DNA from: Sulfurospirillaceae bacterium
Lineage (GTDB): Bacteria; Campylobacterota; Campylobacteria; Campylobacterales; Sulfurospirillaceae
Direction of reading: 5' to 3'
Length of the DNA: 64,000 nt
Assembly (NCBI GenBank): GCA_033723415.1
Contig: JAWVXD010000001.1
Span: 288,001 to 352,000, forward strand
Below, in pieces: positions 19,199 through 28,695 of this stretch. Under the pieces are notes generated by a model. The model was given only the letters and a program-made list of their open reading frames with translations. It did no database searches and had not been told where the DNA came from. Made by a program: the position numbers and the translations under genes. Numbering within the stretch: position 1 is the first letter of the stretch; every line of letters starts with the position of its first letter.

Positions 19199-21481
19199 TT
19201 ATCTTTCAAAAAGATCGTCAATATCATTTGAAAGTAATTGACGTTCTCTATATCTATCTTCATCATAACCATCACCTTGACTTGAAAAATATGAATTAAT
19301 TAGACTGTCTATGTCAATGGAATCAACAATATCATCCGAATTAATATTTATTGTATCGGTGTCAAATTCTATAACCAAATCATCAATGAAGTCATGCAAA
19401 ACATCTTTAATTGATGATTCATCTATATCAAAATCATAGTAATCAAGTGGACTTCTTGTAATGTACGCTGAAATATCTATTTCTGAATGGGCGAAGTCAG
19501 ACAATGCATCTATTAAAGCATCTTGAAGACTATTTTCAAAGTCTGTTATGAATGTCTTATCTGTTAAATTCAAATTGTTAAATATTTCTATTATAAGTGG
19601 AAGATCATCAATTTCATCAATTGAAGTACTGTTTAGTAGTTCTTTTAAATCTATTTGATAATTAAATTCTTTTGTTGCATATACTAATAGTTTTAGCAGA
19701 TCAGTGAAATATATCCCATTATTTGAAACTATATCTATAGTATTTAAAAATGCTTTTATTTTATTATCAAATTCAACTTTATGATCTATATATTTGTCTC
19801 TTATAATTAGCAATGACATACTAAGGAAATATTCATTTTTATTGTCCTTAATATCATATTCCTGAAACAAATAACTAAGGATTTCTTGATAAGTTTGTTT
19901 ATCTATAAAATTATTTTTTTCTAAACTAATTAAATTTGAAATTGATGATTTTGTTTGAAGAGATAAATAAATAAGTTTCAAAAGTTCAATATCTCCTTTA
20001 TATCTATTCATTATGAAATCTGCCAATGATGGATTGAAAAGAGTGTAATTTATGTTACTAGGAGATTGCATATTTCTATTGACAAAGTATTTCACTGTAG
20101 TCTTTATTACATTATTGAACTGATTGTTGATATTGCTTGTAGAAGTGGCTTTTGTGATTTTATTGAGATAGTTATACGATTCATTTAATAACTTCTCGTC
20201 AATACTATTGTTATTAAAAACAATAAGCAAAATTATATTTCTGATAAAATCATCACTTTGACAATCAAATGTATGACTCCAGACCTCTGATGGATTACTT
20301 AAAATACTTAACACATAATTCCAAAAGTTTGACGGCTCTATATCTTCAAAGTTGTTTTTGTTTGTAATGAATGCAATAAGTCTTGGATTGAAGTTTTTAT
20401 GCTTAATAATTTGCATATATCTTCTGTTTTCGTAGATCACATCAATAAAAGATTCAGGTAAAGAACTAAACCAAATATGGTTATATAGTATTTCAGCTTT
20501 ATTAAAATCTGTAAGTCCATCAATTGTCAGGACAAACTCATTTTGATGAATATTTTTATTTTTAAAAATACTACTAATCATATATGCTTGATTGATTATG
20601 TTTGTTCTACTAGTTAAAATAAATTTTTTAGTGCTATCTTTTTTTACTCTGCTAATAAATTGCATAATACTAGAATCATGTTTATGCTCAATGGCATTTA
20701 AAAAGTTACTTCCTAAAAAATCATCAAAGTAAAATACTTGTTTTGTATCTTTGGAGTAAATATTTTCTACTTCTTCTATATCTTTATTAATTAGATAGAA
20801 CTTGTAACCTTGGCTTGAATAAAAGTAACATAAATTTTCTGTTAAAGTGGTTTTTCCTATCCCAGGCTCACCTGTAATTATTAATGCATTAGATTCTTTT
20901 AATATCTCAAGCGCATTTTTATGATTACTAGTATTTACATATAGATGTAGCTTTTCATTTATATCTTCTAGATAACTTTCACTTCTTCCTTCAATAGCAT
21001 TATTTAGTAATCTCATTAATACATTTGTACTACTCAACCATAATTTATAATGATTTTTTTCAATATCAGGAAACTTTTTTAATAAATCATTTAAGTCTTC
21101 CTGTCCATAAATATCATTGTCATTTTTGATAAATGGAGTAAATAGATTTTTAATAGTTTTTTTATTCTCAGAAGATAATGGTAATGAGGTAATAAAATAA
21201 TAGTTTTTTGGTTTTAATAGCTTGACCTTTTCAACTTCATTAATACCTTTATTATTTTTCCTTTTTAGAGATGATATTAATCCTTGAAAACCTGTCTGTA
21301 AATAATGCTTGCACTGAATTATATCTTCTAACCCATTGTTATTGTAATATCGTCCATCTATCCCTCTGTCGCGCCCAGCCTTAAACCGTTCAAATCTTTT
21401 ATTTTTATCTGTTGAAAGTATGTCTATTGATAAGTTTTCAAACTCTTTATCATTTAAACTTGAAAATGTGTAATCAACCAA
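19199..21481 (-). CDS. Mrr-like restriction endonuclease domain fused to a STAND-type (nSTAND3-like) P-loop NTPase
   Basis: EFENL..D..GRDRGID..IIQCKHY (PD-QxK nuclease), Walker A GEPGIGKTT, Walker B VFYFDDFLG, ILTSR, FNPRLI; acidic C-tail. Confidence 0.8.
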   Translation of the reverse strand: MVDYTFSSLNDKEFENLSIDILSTDKNKRFERFKAGRDRGIDGRYYNNNGLEDIIQCKHYLQTGFQGLISSLKRKNNKGINEVEKVKLLKPKNYYFITSLPLSSENKKTIKNLFTPFIKNDNDIYGQEDLNDLLKKFPDIEKNHYKLWLSSTNVLMRLLNNAIEGRSESYLEDINEKLHLYVNTSNHKNALEILKESNALIITGEPGIGKTTLTENLCYFYSSQGYKFYLINKDIEEVENIYSKDTKQVFYFDDFLGSNFLNAIEHKHDSSIMQFISRVKKDSTKKFILTSRTNIINQAYMISSIFKNKNIHQNEFVLTIDGLTDFNKAEILYNHIWFSSLPESFIDVIYENRRYMQIIKHKNFNPRLIAFITNKNNFEDIEPSNFWNYVLSILSNPSEVWSHTFDCQSDDFIRNIILLIVFNNNSIDEKLLNESYNYLNKITKATSTSNINNQFNNVIKTTVKYFVNRNMQSPSNINYTLFNPSLADFIMNRYKGDIELLKLIYLSLQTKSSISNLISLEKNNFIDKQTYQEILSYLFQEYDIKDNKNEYFLSMSLLIIRDKYIDHKVEFDNKIKAFLNTIDIVSNNGIYFTDLLKLLVYATKEFNYQIDLKELLNSTSIDEIDDLPLIIEIFNNLNLTDKTFITDFENSLQDALIDALSDFAHSEIDISAYITRSPLDYYDFDIDESSIKDVLHDFIDDLVIEFDTDTININSDDIVDSIDIDSLINSYFSSQGDGYDEDRYRERQLLSNDIDDLFER

Positions 21482-21503
21482 ATTATTCCTTAGTACTGTT
21501 GTA

Positions 21504-21586
21504 AGCTAACGGGGGCACGGGGGAGTGACTACCATTGGTAAACCTTTAGGTTTTCAATGGCTGATTGCTCCTACCGCGTGTTATCT
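21504..21586 (-). repeat. attC site (83 bp) of ORF-less element, copy B
   Basis: Minus strand AGATAAC-ACGCGGTAGGAGCAATCAGCCATTGAAAACC...GGTTTACCAATGGTAGTCACTCCCCCGTGCCCCC-GTTAGCT. Confidence 0.85.
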
Positions 21587-21652
21587 GGTGCGAAGCTCCG
21601 GATGACTTGCGGGTGTTCAGCCAGCGCTCTAGTTATCTCGAATGCATAGCGT
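21504..21652 (-). repeat. second copy of the ORF-less structured element, at the head of the array
   Basis: Colinear with 17693-17842, roughly 85% identical by eye. Confidence 0.85.
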
Positions 21653-21668
21653 ATTTATTAATGCTAAT

Positions 21669-21674
21669 ATTATA
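21669..21674 (-). promoter_or_regulatory. candidate -10 box (TATAAT) driving the cassette array
   Basis: Perfect TATAAT on the minus strand just upstream of element copy B; AT-rich context makes a chance match possible. Confidence 0.35.
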
Positions 21675-21884
21675 ATTAGATAATTCTTATATATAGTATA
21701 AACACAATTTTATGTAGTATTTAAACTACAATATAAAGTTTAGTATTACTTTTTAGCCTAGATAAACTATTGTTTTGTGATAAAAAGACATTGATTTTAA
21801 GAAATATTTTGCAATAAGATAACAAGTTACTTGATATTTACTCAAATATAATATCAATAAACAACTCCAAAGCTATGATAAAAA

Positions 21885-21973
21885 TTATAGTATAATTCAA
21901 TTAAAAAAGACTGGATACCTATACTTTTTCTGAAAAAATATCCTACATCTTATCATCCTGACTCCTATATTTA
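21885..21973 (+). pseudogene. decayed duplicate of the promoter and first ~18 codons of the 22911 sensor kinase
   Basis: TTATAGTATAATTCAATTAAAAAA and ATCTTATCATCCTGACTCCTATATTTA are shared with 22875-22965; ATG is ATA here, with frameshifts. Confidence 0.8.
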
Positions 21974-22229
21974 AAAGAAATAAAAGGATAAAAAAGACAA
22001 TCCTCACTCCCAGAAGTGTATTTATCATGCTACTTTAAATAGGCTCATTTTTCTACTATATTGGACTATTAGGTGCAATACTGATTTTTATTTTAGATTA
22101 ACATTAGTAATGTAACAATTCTGGGAAGATATAGGTGCCCTCGTCAAAATTAATTTAATTATAAGTTTCAATCAAGTAACATTATAAGATTTTATTAATA
22201 AAATTATAAAAATTAAGGAAGGATGTAGA

Positions 22230-22766
22230 ATGGTTAAAAAACTTTCTATAGTGGGCGTGTTGGTTTTATGTGTTGGTATGAGTGTATATGCTAAAGATTT
22301 TTATGTAAAAATCGGTGCCGGGATGGCAAATGTATCTGAGAAAAGTGCCTATAATTACAATGTAGATTTTAGTAATGCCAAGCTTTATACCGCAGCAATC
22401 GGCAAAAATTTTGGAAATTTTGCTGTTGAAGCGGAATATTCTCATGAAAGTTGTGATTGGAACAACAAAAGTCTCAATTTAAGTGGCAAAGGAACTACAA
22501 ATGGATATATGATAAATGGATATTATAACTTTCCTTTGAATTCAAAATTTGCTCCATATATAGGAGCAGGTATAGGGCATACTAACTTTACGGACGGTGG
22601 ATATACCTCAAGCGGTACTACAGCATATCAAGGGATTTTAGGAGTATCGTATCCAATAAATAACAACTTTAACCTAAATGCTGAATATAGATACAAATAT
22701 GCGAGTTATAAATCAGTTGATTTAACATCAAATAATCTTTTAGTTGGTTTAACTATAAAATTTTAA
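22230..22766 (+). CDS. small outer-membrane beta-barrel protein (Opa/OmpA-like)
   Basis: Signal peptide, alternating beta strands, PYIGAGIG, terminal Phe. Confidence 0.85.
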   Translation: MVKKLSIVGVLVLCVGMSVYAKDFYVKIGAGMANVSEKSAYNYNVDFSNAKLYTAAIGKNFGNFAVEAEYSHESCDWNNKSLNLSGKGTTNGYMINGYYNFPLNSKFAPYIGAGIGHTNFTDGGYTSSGTTAYQGILGVSYPINNNFNLNAEYRYKYASYKSVDLTSNNLLVGLTIKF

Positions 22767-22793
22767 TTTAGAGAATTACAACGCATCATTCAA

Positions 22794-22838
22794 TAGATTG
22801 GTAGGTAATGCAGAATTGCGATTTTTCCTACCAATCTA
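22794..22838 (+). terminator. stem-loop after OMP gene
   Basis: TAGATTGGTAGG...CCTACCAATCTA 12-bp inverted repeat. Confidence 0.55.
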
Positions 22839-22910
22839 CACTTCTAGGACATGAAGAAAAATTAGACTCCAAATTTATAGTATAATTCAATTAAAAAATA
22901 TTGGATAAAT

Positions 22911-24419
22911 ATGCTATTTTCAGAGAAGAACATACCGAATCTTATCATCCTGACTCCTATATTTACGATCATCATACTTACGTCTCTCATCACATTTTTC
23001 TTTGTGGATTCTCAGTACAAGTACTTTAAAGAACAAAGCGTGACCTTGGAGAAAAACTATATACAAAAGCAAAGAACGCTACTTAAAAACGAAGTCAACC
23101 GTGTGATCAATTACATAGCTTTTCATAAAAAAAATCTAAAAAATTTAAGTGACAAAGAACTCAAAAAGACGATAGCTGCCTATATCGAGACTATTAGGTA
23201 CGGTGACAACGGCTATATCTGGGTACATGACACGAACTATTATCTCGTCGCGCATCCATTTAGGAAGGATATGATCGGTAAATACGACATCAACTTAAAG
23301 GATGAATCTGGTGCATTTATAACCAGAGCGTTTATCAATATAGCCATCAGCAAGCCTGAAGGCGGTTTTTTGGAGTATTATTGGAAGAAGCCGAGCAACG
23401 GCAAGGTTGAAAAGAAGCTTGGATTCTTGAAGCTTTACGCACCATGGAAATGGGTCATCGGAAGTGGTTTGTACATGGATGACATCTCACACTCTATCAA
23501 GATCGAGAAAAAGCACCTGGAAGAGAAGATCAACAAACAGATCCAGGTCATCATGCTCATAGCTTTTACGTTTATGTTCCTAGTCGGTATGATCTCATTT
23601 GTGATCTCTAGAAATATCATCAATGCTCTTAATTCTTACAAAGAAAAAGTCAGAGACAATGAACTCACACTAAAGACAAAGATCGCAGAGGCGATTAGCG
23701 AATCGCAAAAAAAAGATCAAGCGCTATTGTACCAGTCCAGACTCGCTCAAATGGGAGAGATGATCAGTATGATCGCACACCAGTGGAAACAGCCTCTCAG
23801 TGAAGTGAGCGGGATCTTCATGGAACTGGAGACTATAGGCAAATTTGACGAACTTGATAAAAATTATGTCTTGGAATGTGCAAAAGACGGAGATAAGATC
23901 ACAGAGTACATGAGCAGGACGATAGAAGACTTTAGGAATTTTTTTAAACCTGACAAGAAGAGGGAGAGATTTGATATACAAACTGCATTAGATGAGACCT
24001 TAACACTGGTTGATGCTTCGATTAAAAATTCACATATCCAAATAATTTCCGATATTTCTGAGCACATTTATATAGAAGGATACCCAAATGAATATTCCCA
24101 AGTCATCTTAAATATATTGATGAATGCCAGAGATGCACTGATATCGAGAAATATAGCAAACCCGGAGATTCATATAAAAGTGTATCAGAAAAAGGATCAA
24201 GCGATCTTAGAGATCATTGACAATGCAGGAGGGATAGACGAAGAGATACTAGATAAGATCTTTGATCCATACTTCAGCACCAAAGACAATGTAAACGGTA
24301 CAGGTTTGGGACTGTACATGTCTAAAATGATCATAGAAAAAAGCATGAACGGAAGATTGAGCGTACAAAACACCGATAGCGGTGCAAGTTTTAAAATAGA
24401 AGTAAAGATATGCAACTAG
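22911..24419 (+). CDS. Cache-domain sensor histidine kinase
   Basis: Two TM segments around a Cache-like domain (YIWV, YYWKKP, WVIGSGLY); H-box IAHQWKQPL; NARDA, DNAGGI, GTGLGL. Confidence 0.93.
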   Translation: MLFSEKNIPNLIILTPIFTIIILTSLITFFFVDSQYKYFKEQSVTLEKNYIQKQRTLLKNEVNRVINYIAFHKKNLKNLSDKELKKTIAAYIETIRYGDNGYIWVHDTNYYLVAHPFRKDMIGKYDINLKDESGAFITRAFINIAISKPEGGFLEYYWKKPSNGKVEKKLGFLKLYAPWKWVIGSGLYMDDISHSIKIEKKHLEEKINKQIQVIMLIAFTFMFLVGMISFVISRNIINALNSYKEKVRDNELTLKTKIAEAISESQKKDQALLYQSRLAQMGEMISMIAHQWKQPLSEVSGIFMELETIGKFDELDKNYVLECAKDGDKITEYMSRTIEDFRNFFKPDKKRERFDIQTALDETLTLVDASIKNSHIQIISDISEHIYIEGYPNEYSQVILNILMNARDALISRNIANPEIHIKVYQKKDQAILEIIDNAGGIDEEILDKIFDPYFSTKDNVNGTGLGLYMSKMIIEKSMNGRLSVQNTDSGASFKIEVKICN

Positions 24420-25084
24420 AAGAAAATCTAAAAAAACTCTCCATCCTCTGTGTCGAAGATGACGAGGGCGTAAGAAAGAGACTGGCAAATACCTTGAAGT
24501 ACTACTTTAAGGAAGTGATCGAAGCCGATGATGGCAAAGAGGCATATGATATTTACCAGACACAAAAGATAGACATCATCATCACGGATATTGATATGCC
24601 AAAACTAAACGGCATCAGTCTTGTAAAGAAGATAAGACAGCAAAATACCAAGATACCGATCATAGTATTGAGCGCATACAGCAATGAAGAGTACTTGATG
24701 GAGCTGATCAACTCAAAGATAGATAATTTTATACTAAAACCTATAAACAGCACCAAGCTCTTAAATGCTCTGGAGAGCATCAATAAAGATATCTTTATCT
24801 CTCAAGTTGAAATACCACAAGGAATCACGATCAATTTTGATACTTTAGAGATCATTTACAAAGATGAAAAGATAAAAATAACAAATAGAGAAAAGTTGTT
24901 TTTAGAGCTTCTTACACAAAATAAGAACAAAGTATCAAAATATGAAGAGATAGACGAATTTGTATGGAGAAATGATGAGATGAGTCACGCGGCACTGAAG
25001 ACTTTTATCAAAAGTTTGAGAAAAAAACTACCTCACAATATCATAGAAAACGTATCTGGAGTAGGCTATAGATTTTGTAACTAA
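24410..25084 (+). CDS. OmpR-family response regulator
   Basis: VEDD, TDIDMP, KP receiver motifs plus winged-helix end LRKKL..GVGY. Confidence 0.93.
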   Translation: MQLEENLKKLSILCVEDDEGVRKRLANTLKYYFKEVIEADDGKEAYDIYQTQKIDIIITDIDMPKLNGISLVKKIRQQNTKIPIIVLSAYSNEEYLMELINSKIDNFILKPINSTKLLNALESINKDIFISQVEIPQGITINFDTLEIIYKDEKIKITNREKLFLELLTQNKNKVSKYEEIDEFVWRNDEMSHAALKTFIKSLRKKLPHNIIENVSGVGYRFCN

Positions 25085-25133
25085 AAGTTACAAAATAGTT
25101 TTAAATTCACAAATATTTTTTGTTTTGAATAAG

Positions 25134-25151
25134 TCTCACTTTTTTCTCACT
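25134..25151 (+). promoter_or_regulatory. direct repeat, candidate response-regulator box
   Basis: TCTCACT-N4-TCTCACT (11-bp period) just upstream of TGcTAGTAT and the TRAP operon. Confidence 0.5.
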
Positions 25152-25193
25152 CTTAATTGCTAGTATGAATTAAATCATATCAAAGGAGTCGAC

Positions 25194-26150
25194 ATGGTAA
25201 AGAAGATTATAGTTGCGGCAAGTATCGCTTCATGTATGTTTGCGGCAAATGTTAAGATGGATTTAAATGCAAAGTATGGAGCTACGAACTTTCACACTAT
25301 CGGTGCTGAAAAGTTTGCCGATTTGGTCAAAAAATATACCAACGGTACAGTTCAGATCACAGTTCATCCGGGAAGTTCTCTAGTCAAAGGGAATCCTCTA
25401 AAGGCTGTCAAAGACGGAGTTGTGCCTATGACAGATATGTTTATACCTTTTACTGCAGGCGGAGGTAAGGTGTTTGGTATCTCAGCACTTCCTTTTATAG
25501 CAAAATCATATGATGATGCGTATAGATTATATCAACTGTCTAAGCCTGCATATGAAGCAACTGCGAAAAAATGGAATCAAAAACTTCTATATGCGGTAAC
25601 TTGGCCGCCAAGTGGACTTTATACCAAGAAAGCCGTAAATTCTACTGCTGATTTTGCAGGTATTAAGGCAAGAACATACGATAAAAACTCAGCTAACTTT
25701 GTAAATATGGCTGGAGGAAGTGCAGTTGCATTGCCTTGGGGTGAAGTCTACTCAGCTTTAAATACAGGTTTGGTAAATGCGGTAGTAACATCATCTGCAT
25801 CTGGAAAAGACGGTAAATTTTGGGAAGTATTAACTCACTTTACAAAGATCAACTATGCTTATCCATTGCAAGCTGTGACTATCAATCTTGATTATTGGAA
25901 GAGTTTAACCAAACAACAACAAACTGAGATGTTAAAAGCAGCAAAAGAGATTGAAAAATCACAATGGGAAGCATCAAAAAAAGAAGACAAGATCGCACTT
26001 AAAATGCTAAAAGATCATGGTATGGTCATCTCTGAAGAGAGCCCAAAACTAGCTGCCCAGCTTGATGTCGTGGCTAAAAAGTTGCTTGATGAATATTTAA
26101 AAGATGCGAGTCCAGCAGTCAAAAAAATATTTAAAGAATATAGAAAATAA
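25194..26150 (+). CDS. dctP: TRAP transporter substrate-binding protein
   Basis: Signal peptide; ALPWGEVYSALNTG; followed by small and large permeases. Confidence 0.9.
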   Translation: MVKKIIVAASIASCMFAANVKMDLNAKYGATNFHTIGAEKFADLVKKYTNGTVQITVHPGSSLVKGNPLKAVKDGVVPMTDMFIPFTAGGGKVFGISALPFIAKSYDDAYRLYQLSKPAYEATAKKWNQKLLYAVTWPPSGLYTKKAVNSTADFAGIKARTYDKNSANFVNMAGGSAVALPWGEVYSALNTGLVNAVVTSSASGKDGKFWEVLTHFTKINYAYPLQAVTINLDYWKSLTKQQQTEMLKAAKEIEKSQWEASKKEDKIALKMLKDHGMVISEESPKLAAQLDVVAKKLLDEYLKDASPAVKKIFKEYRK

Positions 26151-26151
26151 G

Positions 26152-26643
26152 ATGTTAAAACAATATTTTATGAAATTTGAAAAGGGCCTCAATAAATTTG
26201 GGGTCTTTCTTTCATCACTGTTCGTCATCGCGTTGGTTGCTCTTATTTTATTGGAGATCTTTTTAAGAACTTTTTTCAACAAATCAACTATGATCTCAGA
26301 TGAATACAGCGGCTATTTTTATCTTGCTTCAGTATTTTTTGGACTTGGATATACATTTAAAGAAAAAGCACATATTAGAATCAATATAATAACGACCAGA
26401 TTAAATCCAAAATTTCAGAAGATCATGAATATATATGCAGGCACCGTTACATTTCTGGTTATCTCATTTATACTTTACAGAGTTACTCTCATGACTATTG
26501 ACTCGTATAATTTTGACATACTTTCAGAAGGGGTATCTGCAACGCCAATATATCTGACACAAATACCTATGATCATAGGTACGTTCATATTTGCAGTTTC
26601 AATTTTGGCATTTATCTTGAAAAGGATTGGGCATGATAGCTGA
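26152..26643 (+). CDS. dctQ: TRAP transporter small permease
   Basis: Four TM segments, DEYSGY, HIRI; ATG 26152 preferred over the ORF-track start 26104. Confidence 0.88.
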   Translation: MLKQYFMKFEKGLNKFGVFLSSLFVIALVALILLEIFLRTFFNKSTMISDEYSGYFYLASVFFGLGYTFKEKAHIRINIITTRLNPKFQKIMNIYAGTVTFLVISFILYRVTLMTIDSYNFDILSEGVSATPIYLTQIPMIIGTFIFAVSILAFILKRIGHDS

Positions 26644-27967
26644 TCCTCTTGTACTGACCGTTGTTTTATTGTTTGTAATGTTTGCTTTATTGCTATCATC
26701 CATATGGATCGGTGCCTCTTTGATGCTGACAGGTATATTTGGTATGTTGATCTTCAAAAGTCATCTGCCAGCTTCCATCAGTATCTTTGACAAGATCGGA
26801 GATCTACTGTCTTCATCACTGTATGATTCGCTAAACTCATGGTCTTTGGCAGCGCTTCCTATGTTTATACTGATGGGAGAGCTTTTATATAAATCTTCCA
26901 TATCATCCAAGTTGTTCAACGGACTGATCCCTTGGTTAAATAAAGTTCCGGGTAGATTGCTTCATATCAATGTTGCAGCTTGTTCACTGTTTGCAGCAGT
27001 TTCTGGCTCGTCCGCTGCAACTACGGCAACGGTCGGTAAAATCACTCTAGCAGAGCTTAAAAAAAGAGGCTACAGTAAATCTCTGGCGATCGGTTCACTC
27101 GCAGGAAGTGGAACTTTAGGATTTTTGATCCCGCCTAGTTTGATCATGATCATTTACGGTGTTTTATCCAACGTATCTATAGGGCAGCTTTTTATAGCAG
27201 GGATCTTCCCTGGTCTCTTACTAGCAAGCTCATATGCTATCTATATCATGATAGCAGCATCCATAAAGAAAGATGCCGTACCTGTAGAAGACGAAAAGAT
27301 AACTTGGCAGGACAAAGTAAACTCACTCAAAGATCTAGCTCCTATTATATTTTTGATCACATTGGTACTTGGCAGTATATACGCAGGATTTGCAACACCG
27401 ACAGAGGCTGCAGCTCTGGGCGTGTTGGGTTCGATGCTACTCGGATTTTATTTTAAAAGTTTAGATTTTGAGGTATTTAAAACAGCTATCTTAAATTCTA
27501 TAAAAACAACCGTCATGATCAGCTTCATCATAGCAGGGGCTGGATTTTTATCTCAGGTAGTCGGATTTTTGGGAATCGCAACGGCACTGAGTGAATATAT
27601 AGCATCATTGCATTTGTCTCCTTATATGCTTATCTTTGTAGTCGGTATTATGTACATGATACTCGGCATGATGTTGGATGGCATATCTATGGTCGTCATG
27701 ACGTTACCGATCGTCTTGCCTATCATCACTTTAGCAGGATTTGATCCGCTTTGGTTTGGTATATTTTTGGTCTTTATGGTTGAATTGTCACAGATCACTC
27801 CGCCTGTAGGATTTTCTTTATTTGTAATTCAGAGCATTTCAGGTGAAAAAATCGACTATATTTTAAAGGCAACTTTCCCATTTTTTGTTATAATGATACT
27901 TGTGGTTGTCCTTGTGACAGCTTTTCCTGAAATAGCATTTTACCTACCGAGGAGAATGATACAATGA
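26633..27967 (+). CDS. dctM: TRAP transporter large permease
   Basis: SGSSAAT, GTLGFLIPPS, TPTEAAA, ITPPVG. Confidence 0.93.
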   Translation: MIADPLVLTVVLLFVMFALLLSSIWIGASLMLTGIFGMLIFKSHLPASISIFDKIGDLLSSSLYDSLNSWSLAALPMFILMGELLYKSSISSKLFNGLIPWLNKVPGRLLHINVAACSLFAAVSGSSAATTATVGKITLAELKKRGYSKSLAIGSLAGSGTLGFLIPPSLIMIIYGVLSNVSIGQLFIAGIFPGLLLASSYAIYIMIAASIKKDAVPVEDEKITWQDKVNSLKDLAPIIFLITLVLGSIYAGFATPTEAAALGVLGSMLLGFYFKSLDFEVFKTAILNSIKTTVMISFIIAGAGFLSQVVGFLGIATALSEYIASLHLSPYMLIFVVGIMYMILGMMLDGISMVVMTLPIVLPIITLAGFDPLWFGIFLVFMVELSQITPPVGFSLFVIQSISGEKIDYILKATFPFFVIMILVVVLVTAFPEIAFYLPRRMIQ

Positions 27968-28695
27968 TAAAACTAAACTGTGATATGGGCGAGAGCTTTG
28001 GAACCTGGAAAATGGGCTTGGATGAAGAGATCATGCCTCTTGTGGACATGTCAAATATAGCTTGTGGATTTCATGCAAGTGATCCAGTCACTATGAATAA
28101 AACAGTAAAAATGGCAAAAAATCATAGAGTGACTATAGGAGCTCATCCGGCATACCCTGATCTAGTCGGTTTTGGAAGAAGAAGTCTAGCATGCAGCAGT
28201 GAAGAGATAAAAGACATGCTTCTTTATCAAATAGGCGCATTAGCAGGGATTTGCAAAGCAAATAATACAAAAGTAGAATATGTCAAGCCTCATGGTGCAT
28301 TGTACAATGACATGATGAGAGATAGCGCTATTTATGAGACTGTTTTAAAAACTATCTCGATGTATGACAAAAACCTGAAACTGATGATCTTGAGCTCAGG
28401 TAAAAATGAAGAGTATGAAAAGATTGCAAATACTTACGATATAGAACTTATATATGAAGTTTTTGCTGATCGTGCTTATATGGATGATGGAGCCTTGATG
28501 CCAAGAAGCATGCCAAATTCTGTACTTGAATCTAGCAAAGATGTACTGGAAAGATTGGAGTATTTGATCAAAAACGGTGCTATAAAATCACATACGGGCA
28601 AAGTATTGGAATTAAAAGCAGATTGTATATGTGTGCATGGCGACAATGCCCATGCTGTTGAACTTGTAAAAACTATGAGAGAATATTTGAATTGA
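27964..28695 (+). CDS. pxpA: 5-oxoprolinase subunit A (LamB/YcsF)
   Basis: LNCDMGESFG, NIACGFHA, VKPHGALYN, EVFADRAY, CVHGD. Confidence 0.95.
   Translation: MIKLNCDMGESFGTWKMGLDEEIMPLVDMSNIACGFHASDPVTMNKTVKMAKNHRVTIGAHPAYPDLVGFGRRSLACSSEEIKDMLLYQIGALAGICKANNTKVEYVKPHGALYNDMMRDSAIYETVLKTISMYDKNLKLMILSSGKNEEYEKIANTYDIELIYEVFADRAYMDDGALMPRSMPNSVLESSKDVLERLEYLIKNGAIKSHTGKVLELKADCICVHGDNAHAVELVKTMREYLN

Larger units (their letters stand above)
15640..21660 (-). mobile_element. integron-type gene cassette array with no integrase in the window (CALIN-like)
   Basis: Co-oriented genes each followed by a 57-84 bp imperfect palindrome bounded by ..TAAC and GTT..; core/inverse-core 7-mers match across each complete cassette. 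Confidence 0.9.

Noticed and set aside
15640..21660. CRISPR array or plain terminators as the explanation for the intergenic palindromes
   Set aside because: Repeats differ in sequence and length, are separated by whole genes, lack U-tracts, and carry paired AAC/GTT cores; no cas genes in the window
21988..22101. Possible 37-codon membrane-peptide pseudogene (ATA start, internal TAA)
   Set aside because: Too short and AT-rich to distinguish from chance
21660..22229. Integrase remnant or attI upstream of the array
   Set aside because: No ORF or tyrosine-recombinase motif seen; attI has no consensus I can verify by eye
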